This document shows, piece by piece, positions 57,548 to 63,529 of a stretch of 63,529 nt of DNA. This stretch comes from an uncultured Clostridia bacterium (GTDB taxonomy: Bacteria; Bacillota; Clostridia; Christensenellales; CAG-917), in assembly GCA_947382865.1 (NCBI GenBank), contig CANDBF010000003.1, forward strand, positions 1-63,529, given 5' to 3'. Made by a program: the position numbers and the translations under genes. The notes below the pieces were generated by a model that searched no databases, was not told the origin of the DNA, and worked only from the letters and a program-made list of their open reading frames with translations. Each line of letters opens with the position of its first letter. Position 1 is the first letter of the stretch.

Positions 57548-57905
57548 GCGCACTTAACGCGCTTGCACTCGGCTTGATAAGGTGTGAGCACGACGAGCCG
57601 CTGTTCAAGAGACTGCACCACAGCGCGTGCAGGGCGCGCGCCAACCTGAGTGCCGAGCTTGACGCTCTGTACAAGTGAGGGAGCGAGTCCTGTTTATTCG
57701 CTCCCGAACGAGTGATATAAACAGAGCTCTATGCTCGTATATGCGAGTGCCGAGTTCCCCTCCCGTGAGCAACGTATAGTATAAGCAGAAAGCGTTCCTA
57801 TTCCGAGCGGGAGGGGAAAGCCCGTAGGGAAGGGGTGGGTTATCTAATTAAAATAAACAACGTACACCCTTTATAGACCGCGTTACACCTCAGCTTTATA
57901 AGGTG
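57548..57905 (+). ncRNA. copy C of the structured repeat element (full length, central-domain version 2)
   Basis: The 5' ~190 nt nearly match the reverse complement of copy B. The version-2 domain is identical to copy D over the last 46 nt of the window. Confidence 0.5.
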
Positions 57906-57946
57906 CAAAATATAAAGTATTTTAGTTCTGTCACAAACCCAAATAT

Positions 57947-57973
57947 AAAAGCCTCGGATTTTCCGAGGCTTTT
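57947..57973. terminator. bidirectional intrinsic terminator
   Basis: AAAAGCCTCGG, loop, CCGAGGCTTTT. Confidence 0.85.
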
Positions 57974-57994
57974 ATATTGTTCTCAACTTAAATT

Positions 57995-58129
57995 TTACTT
58001 GCAGTCGGAGCAGTTGCACTCTTTTACAGGCTTCGTCGATTTGGACTTTGAAGAAGTCTTGGTTTCGTTGCAATGACAATCGCTTGTCGGTTTTTTGCTC
58101 TGCTTGCTCGTCGTTGTTGATTTTGCCAT
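57995..58129 (-). CDS. 44-aa Lys/Ser/Thr-rich, Cys-containing small protein (not in the ORF track)
   Basis: Hand translation gives MAKSTTTSKQSKKPTSDCHCNETKTSSKSKSTKPVKECNCSDCK. AAGGAG lies 8 nt upstream and the terminator follows directly. Confidence 0.6.
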   Translation of the reverse strand: MAKSTTTSKQSKKPTSDCHCNETKTSSKSKSTKPVKECNCSDCK

Positions 58130-58197
58130 GATTTCACTCCTTTTAAGGCTTCCGCCTTTTGATATTAGTATGGCTTAGGGGCGCGCTTTCTATACCG

Positions 58198-58225
58198 TTG
58201 CATAAAAATTTTTTCGTGCTATAAT
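58198..58225 (+). promoter_or_regulatory. sigma-A type promoter upstream of ung
   Basis: TTGCAT, 16 nt, (TGC)TATAAT extended -10. Confidence 0.55.
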
Positions 58226-58249
58226 GTGCATATACGAAAGAGGTGCAAT

Positions 58250-58912
58250 ATGGTCAATATCGGCAACGATTGGGACGAGCTTCTCAAAGAGGATTTCGAG
58301 AGCGAAAGCTATAAGCAGCTGCGAGTGTTCCTCGCAAACGAGTACCGTACGCGCTCGGTTTATCCGGATATGCACGACATTTTCAACGCGCTCAAATGTA
58401 CGCCGTACGCGGCGGTCAAGGTCGTGATACTTGGACAGGACCCATATCACGGAAGAGGTCAGGCGCACGGCATGTGCTTTTCCGTCAAGCGCGGAGTTCC
58501 CGCGCCGCCGTCGCTTGTGAATATTTTTAAGGAGATAGAGGACGACGTAGGCGTTCACAACGAGTCTCCCTATCTCGTTCCTTGGGCGGAGCAGGGCGTG
58601 CTGCTTCTCAACACCGCTCTCACCGTCAGAGAGGGACAGCCCAATTCGCACAGGGACAAGGGGTGGGAGGTGCTCACCGACAGCATAATAAGGAAGCTCA
58701 ACGACAGGAAAGAGCCCATCGTATTTATGCTGTGGGGAGGCAACGCGCGCTCCAAAAAGGCGTTGATAAAAGCTCCGCAGCATCTGATACTGGAATGCCC
58801 GCACCCCTCTCCGCTCAGCGCTTATTCGGGATTTTTCGGGTGCAGACACTTTTCCAAATGTAATGCTTTTTTGACGAAAAACGGAGTTAAACCCATAAAT
58901 TGGCAAACTTAA
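58250..58912 (+). CDS. ung: uracil-DNA glycosylase (family 1)
   Basis: Motifs VVILGQDPYH and HPSPLSA. Start set at MVNIGNDW after GAAAGAGGTG. Confidence 0.93.
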   Translation: MVNIGNDWDELLKEDFESESYKQLRVFLANEYRTRSVYPDMHDIFNALKCTPYAAVKVVILGQDPYHGRGQAHGMCFSVKRGVPAPPSLVNIFKEIEDDVGVHNESPYLVPWAEQGVLLLNTALTVREGQPNSHRDKGWEVLTDSIIRKLNDRKEPIVFMLWGGNARSKKALIKAPQHLILECPHPSPLSAYSGFFGCRHFSKCNAFLTKNGVKPINWQT

Positions 58913-58964
58913 ACTGCCTTTAGTGTAAAATAGGCGGTGATTTATGCCGTCGGGAGATATAGTT

Positions 58965-59159
58965 ATGAACGTGGAGAGAATAAACGAACTGGCAAGAAAA
59001 TCAAAGACCGTCGGTCTCACCGCCGAGGAAAAAGAAGAGCAGGCGAGATTGAGGCGGGAGTATATAGACAGCGTTGTGGGCAATTTACGCTCTCAGCTCG
59101 ATAACGCGTACGTCGTAGACGATAACGGCAACGAAACCAAGCTCGAAAAGAAAAAATAA
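58965..59159 (+). CDS. UPF0291/DUF896 (YnzC-like) small protein
   Basis: 64 aa: MNVERINELARKSKTVGLTAEEKEEQARLRREYI..., the typical DUF896 pattern. Confidence 0.75.
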   Translation: MNVERINELARKSKTVGLTAEEKEEQARLRREYIDSVVGNLRSQLDNAYVVDDNGNETKLEKKK

Positions 59160-59255
59160 ATATAATTGTCAAAGCCGACGGTTATCCGTCGGCTTTGCAA
59201 TTAGTTCGGTTTTTGAACAATGATTTTATAGGACTTAAAAATCCTCAATTTAGAC

Positions 59256-59435
59256 TTACAGGTCGTCCGCGTCCTGTACGGGAAGCTCTCCGTCGGGAGT
59301 TTCCGGCCATCCCTGATGCTCGGGAGTGCCGGTCCAGCTTCCGTTGGGGTCGAAGTGCGATCGCATGGTTTCGTGCTCCGTCATATTGCTGTGAGACAGC
59401 GGGACGTCGTGTTTTCTCTTCTTTCTGAATTTCAT
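59256..59435 (-). CDS. 59-aa hypothetical small protein (not in the ORF track)
   Basis: Hand translation gives MKFRKKRKHDVPLSHSNMTEHETMRSHFDPNGSWTGTPEHQGWPETPDGELPVQDADDL. AAAGGAG lies 7 nt upstream. Confidence 0.55.
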   Translation of the reverse strand: MKFRKKRKHDVPLSHSNMTEHETMRSHFDPNGSWTGTPEHQGWPETPDGELPVQDADDL

Positions 59436-59602
59436 AATAACTCCTTTTTTTATCGGGTTGGGCTTAGTATGCGCGGATTTTTGGATTTTCTTTATTTAAT
59501 AAAGAAAGATTTAGAAATTAAATTGCATAAAGAATAGAAAAACGGACGAGTGTATGATAAAATGCTAATATAACAGTTATTTTGCTTGCTTACGAGGTAT
59601 TT

Positions 59603-60184
59603 ATGCACACGACGGATAAGAGAGTAATCAGGACTCAGAATGCCATTCGCAAGGCTTTCAACGAGCTCGTTCAGACAAAGGATATGACCGAGATTTCCGT
59701 AAGCGAGTTGACAAAAGCCGCAAAAATTACGCGTAGCACCTTTTATATGTATTACGATTCGGTTTCGGCGGTGCGCGACCAGATCGAAAACGAAATCATC
59801 GATTATATCGACGCGCTTATGAAAGGACAGGACTGGCTTGCGTGTATGGTCAACCCGTTCCCGTTGCTTGACGCAATAGGCAAGGAAATCATGAAGTACG
59901 ACGAGTATAACCGCTATATACTCAGCAGCAACAATTCCGGCAGACTGATGGATAAGGTCAATCAGAGGTTCGTTGCCGCGTTTATCGATTACGCGTGCGA
60001 AAACGAGCTGAAAATAGACGCCGCAAGAGCGAAATACGTCGCCGCGTTTATAGGCGCGGGCATAGGCGAGTGCTTCAAGATGTGGTTCAATCACAAGAGT
60101 TCGCTTACGCTCGAGGAGCTGTGCCGCCGCATTTCGGAAATTGTGACGAAAGGACTTATATTTCTTAAAGGCTTCAATAACTGA
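59603..60184 (+). CDS. TetR/AcrR family transcriptional regulator
   Basis: N-terminal HTH (IRKAFNELVQTKDMTEISVSELTKAAKITRSTFYMYY). Start set at MHTTDKR. Confidence 0.88.
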   Translation: MHTTDKRVIRTQNAIRKAFNELVQTKDMTEISVSELTKAAKITRSTFYMYYDSVSAVRDQIENEIIDYIDALMKGQDWLACMVNPFPLLDAIGKEIMKYDEYNRYILSSNNSGRLMDKVNQRFVAAFIDYACENELKIDAARAKYVAAFIGAGIGECFKMWFNHKSSLTLEELCRRISEIVTKGLIFLKGFNN

Positions 60185-60255
60185 GCGTTTATGACACGCC
60201 GCGGGGCGGGTGCGCATATAACGCTTTATCGGTAAGATATAAAGGCAGGTGAATT

Positions 60256-63174
60256 ATGCTCAGACTATGCGATATTGTGAAGGAATATCCCACGGCCACA
60301 ACCACCGTGCAGGCTTTGCGCGGCGTGTCCTTGTCGTTCAGGGAAAGCGAGTTCGTCGCAATTCTCGGTCCCAGCGGCTGCGGAAAGACAACGATGCTCA
60401 ATATCATCGGCGGTCTTGACAGATATACCAGCGGAGATCTGATAATAGGCGGAGTTTCCACCGTGTCCTTCGACGACCTGCATTGGGACGCGTACAGAAA
60501 CGCGACGATAGGTTTTGTATTTCAGAGCTACAATCTCATTCCCCATCTTACCGTGCTCGAAAACGTCGAGCTTGCGCTCAGGCTCAACGGCGAAAAGAAG
60601 AAGGTTCGCCGCGCAAAGGCTGTCGCGGCTCTCAACAGAGTGGGTATGGCGGCGGAAATAAACAAGCGTCCCAACCAGCTTTCGGGCGGACAGATGCAAC
60701 GCGTCGCTATTGCCCGCGCTATCGTGAACGACCCCAAAATCATTCTTGCAGACGAGCCTACGGGCGCGCTTGACAGCGAGCTTAGCGTGTCCGTCATGGA
60801 GATACTTCAGGAGATTTCGCAGAAGTGCCTAGTCATAATGGTTACGCACAACGCCGAGCTTGCCGCGCAGTACGCCACGCGTATATGCAGATTTAAGGAC
60901 GGACAGCTGGTGGAGGATACGAATCCCTACGACCCGCTTGCGGAGGAAGGGAAAACGGCGTACGCGGACTTAAACGTCGAGGACGACGGCATAGTGGAGA
61001 AGGACCCCGCGCAGGAGCTTGTCACTACGGATACAATTTCCGAAAGCAGCGAGGAAGCGGCAGACGGGACCGTCGCCGCGGAGAATAGCTCGGACGAAAC
61101 CGTAACCGACATAGAAATATCGGCGGAGGGAGAGCATTGTGTCGAGCCTGTGACGGCGGTCGATTTGGATGCTCTTATTACGAACGAAAGCGAGCACGGC
61201 TCGCATAAGAGTAAGCGTCTGCCCTCCAATCATAAGCGCAAAAAGCAGCTCAAAACAATAAGCGACGATTCCCGCCGCGTATTTGAAAAGCTCGGGCTTA
61301 ACGGCACCAACAGGAAGAGAAAGAAAATAGAAAAGAAGAACAAGACTTTCAAGCCTACGTCGATGAGCGTGGGAATGGCGTTCGGTCTGAGTCTGCGCAA
61401 TCTGATTTCCAAGAAGAGGAGGACCTTCCTCACCGCGTTTGCGGGAAGCATAGGCATAATAGGGCTCGGGCTTGTGCTGTCGATTTCCAACGGTTTCGAC
61501 GTGTTTGTCAAAAACATGCAGACGGAGATGCTTGCGGGAGTGCCGCTCGGCGTATACGAGTATAACGTGGAGGCGTCCGCGGTTATGGACGTTATGTCAT
61601 CGTTTGCAAAGCCGTCCAAAGACCCCGACGCTTATCCCGACGGGAATAAGATTACGGTCGATAAGGAAGGAAGCGGCGGCAGTTCGAGTATGGATGAAAT
61701 CCTCAATTCTTTCTTCAAGTCGGTTTCCAGAAACGATATTACGGAGGAATTCGACGAATATATGTCCCGTATGCCCGAGGAATACTATTCTGCGTACAGC
61801 GCCTATTACGGCGTACAGTATAACCTTATATCCGAAGCATTCGATTTGAACGGAACCAAGAGCTATAAGAACGTATCTCAGACGCCCGCTGCTTCGACGG
61901 TTATGACCATCGCAACCAGTATATTGGGCGAGAGCGGAATGCAGCCCGCAAGCTGGCAGGTGCTGATCGGCGGAGAGGAAAATATGCTTGCTGCGTACGA
62001 GCTTATCGGCGGAACGGGTCATTATCCGAAGAATAAAAACGAGCTGGTGCTTTGCGTAAACGAAAAAAACCAGATAGACGAGAGCCTGTTGGAGACGTTC
62101 GGCATAAATATGATAGTCGAAGAGAACGGCGAATATAAAGAGATTTCCGAGCTTACGACGGATTTCTTTATAGGCAAAAAGCTGAAACTTCTGCTTAACG
62201 ACGATTATTATTCGTTGGATGAAAGCACAGGCTGGTATACCGAACCCGGCAAGAGCAATAAGTCCGTACTCGAACCGCTTTACAATTCTGAAAAAGCGAT
62301 AGAGCTTGAAATCGTCGGCGTAATCCGTCCCAAACAGGGAGTGACGGCGGGCTACGTATCGAGCGCGATTTGCTATACTCCCGAGCTTGCGAGGTTCGTT
62401 GTGGACAATTCGTACGACAGCGAAATCGCCAAGTTCCAAAGAGAGCTTATTGCCCAAGACGTGGCGGCGGCAGGCGGCGAGCCCAACCAGTACAGGACGG
62501 CGTTCGGCGGATTTCAGAAAAAGGACGATAATTTCGCGTCGGGCTCCTCTATAATCGGCGTAACGAGCAAGACTCTCGGCTGGTCGAATTTTATTAAGAG
62601 GCTCGGAGTGACAAAGGCGCCCGTTTATATCAACGTTTATCCGCTTACGTACGACCAAAAAATCAATTCCGGCAAATATATCGCGGATTGGAATACCCGG
62701 TATAACGGAAACGTAGGCTACTTCGACGTGTCGGAGATGTTCATATACAATCTGAATATGATTATCGACCTCGTGTCAATAATGCTGATTGCGGTGGCTT
62801 CCATATCGCTCGTAGTGTCTACGGTTATGATAGGAGTGATTACGTCAAACTCCGTTATCGAACGTACGAGGGAAATAGGTATTCTGCGCAGCATTGGAGC
62901 GAGAAAGCGCGATATAAGAAACGTATTCATCGCCGAAACCTCGCTTATAGGTCTTGCTGGCGGACTTATCGGAATTGTGCTCACCTACATACTGTGTCCC
63001 ATAATCAGCGCGGTTATCGGCGCCGTGTCGGGCGTGCAGAGCTTGTTGCACTTCCATCCGCTCCACGCTTTTATTCTCGTCGTGCTCAGCCTTTTGCTTA
63101 CAATCGTGTCGGGTATACTGCCCGCGATTGGGGCGTCGAGGAAGAATGTTGTGGACGCTTTGCGCGTCGAGTAA
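60256..63174 (+). CDS. fused ABC transporter ATP-binding protein / FtsX-type permease (MacB-like)
   Basis: 972-aa ORF with N-terminal Walker [24 protein letters not shown] and [11 protein letters not shown]. The C-terminus has an FtsX-like 4-TM permease. Confidence 0.9.
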   Translation: MLRLCDIVKEYPTATTTVQALRGVSLSFRESEFVAILGPSGCGKTTMLNIIGGLDRYTSGDLIIGGVSTVSFDDLHWDAYRNATIGFVFQSYNLIPHLTVLENVELALRLNGEKKKVRRAKAVAALNRVGMAAEINKRPNQLSGGQMQRVAIARAIVNDPKIILADEPTGALDSELSVSVMEILQEISQKCLVIMVTHNAELAAQYATRICRFKDGQLVEDTNPYDPLAEEGKTAYADLNVEDDGIVEKDPAQELVTTDTISESSEEAADGTVAAENSSDETVTDIEISAEGEHCVEPVTAVDLDALITNESEHGSHKSKRLPSNHKRKKQLKTISDDSRRVFEKLGLNGTNRKRKKIEKKNKTFKPTSMSVGMAFGLSLRNLISKKRRTFLTAFAGSIGIIGLGLVLSISNGFDVFVKNMQTEMLAGVPLGVYEYNVEASAVMDVMSSFAKPSKDPDAYPDGNKITVDKEGSGGSSSMDEILNSFFKSVSRNDITEEFDEYMSRMPEEYYSAYSAYYGVQYNLISEAFDLNGTKSYKNVSQTPAASTVMTIATSILGESGMQPASWQVLIGGEENMLAAYELIGGTGHYPKNKNELVLCVNEKNQIDESLLETFGINMIVEENGEYKEISELTTDFFIGKKLKLLLNDDYYSLDESTGWYTEPGKSNKSVLEPLYNSEKAIELEIVGVIRPKQGVTAGYVSSAICYTPELARFVVDNSYDSEIAKFQRELIAQDVAAAGGEPNQYRTAFGGFQKKDDNFASGSSIIGVTSKTLGWSNFIKRLGVTKAPVYINVYPLTYDQKINSGKYIADWNTRYNGNVGYFDVSEMFIYNLNMIIDLVSIMLIAVASISLVVSTVMIGVITSNSVIERTREIGILRSIGARKRDIRNVFIAETSLIGLAGGLIGIVLTYILCPIISAVIGAVSGVQSLLHFHPLHAFILVVLSLLLTIVSGILPAIGASRKNVVDALRVE

Positions 63175-63204
63175 AAACCGCGCTATTTGGCGCATTGCAT
63201 TGTC

Positions 63205-63268
63205 AACGCCCATATTCCTCGCCGTCACGTACGTCAGTACGTTAGGCGGCTCGGAATATGGGCGTTTT
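63205..63268 (+). terminator. long hairpin terminator after the MacB-like gene
   Basis: A 14-bp perfect outer stem, AACGCCCATATTCC paired with GGAATATGGGCGTT, followed by TTTT. Confidence 0.6.
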
Positions 63269-63307
63269 CGCGCACTGCATCCCAATATCACGGTTTTTAC
63301 AGATTTT

Positions 63308-63529
63308 GGTTTGTAAGGTGTGAACACGACGAGTCGCCGTTCAAGATACTGCCGGCGTTCGCAGGGCGAACGCCCCGTGAGTGCCGAGCCGAGCTTCGCA
63401 GTACAAGGGAGCAAACGAGCTTTATTTATTTTCGTTTGCGACCGAGTGACATAGATAGAGTAATATGCCAATAGGCGAGCGCCGAGTTCCCCTCCCGTGA
63501 GCAACGTATAGTATAAGCAGAAAGCGTTC
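63308..63529 (+). ncRNA. copy D of the structured repeat element (cut by the window end, central-domain version 2)
   Basis: Same module order as copy C but with compensatory changes in two stems. Confidence 0.5.

Noticed and set aside
57548-57905. ORF-less group II (class C) intron as the identity of the repeat element.
   Set aside because: The element starts with GUGUG after the 13-mer, is strand-specific, and one copy follows a terminator. However, I could not find a domain V-like 34-nt hairpin (AGC/CGC triad with GNRA loop) or a domain VI near the 3' end. At about 330 nt the element is short. I leave this as something for a covariance-model search to settle.

Overview
Origin-proximal chromosomal segment of a spore-forming Firmicute, probably Clostridia-like: it has a GerA-type germinant receptor operon and YyaC, and GC-rich coding sequence with AT-rich spacers. 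It carries the classic mnmG-mnmE-jag-yidC-yidD-rnpA-rpmH block, argS, ychF, uppP, gyrB-gyrA, rsmG-parA-parB, recF, dnaA, dnaN and one tRNA-Asn. It also carries metabolic and transport genes: GH13 alpha-glucosidase, nitroreductase, gdhA, GDPD, two ABC systems, signal peptidase I, ung and a U32 peptidase. The usual rpmH|dnaA-dnaN-recF-gyrB synteny is broken. gyrB is preceded by a 2.2-kb AT-rich gene-free region with three parS sites and a 13-bp tandem repeat. recF(-), dnaA(+) and dnaN(-) lie 4-8 kb beyond gyrA in scrambled orientations, inside a low-GC block that ends at tRNA-Asn. The most unusual signal is a four-copy family of a ~330-400 nt modular, apparently non-coding element with compensatory stem changes. 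It is a candidate large structured RNA or RNA-level mobile element. Two inverted copies bracket an AT-rich cassette encoding an XRE-type HTH protein and a Cys-rich 109-aa protein. Other items are three very large membrane-anchored proteins of unknown function, two small ORFs below the ORF-track cutoff (44 and 59 aa), a partial duplication of the tRNA-Asn 3' end, and an LRR-gene fragment with an in-frame stop. I saw no CRISPR array, rRNA, transposase or integrase. All calls rest on reading the sequence and ORF translations by eye; no database search was possible.
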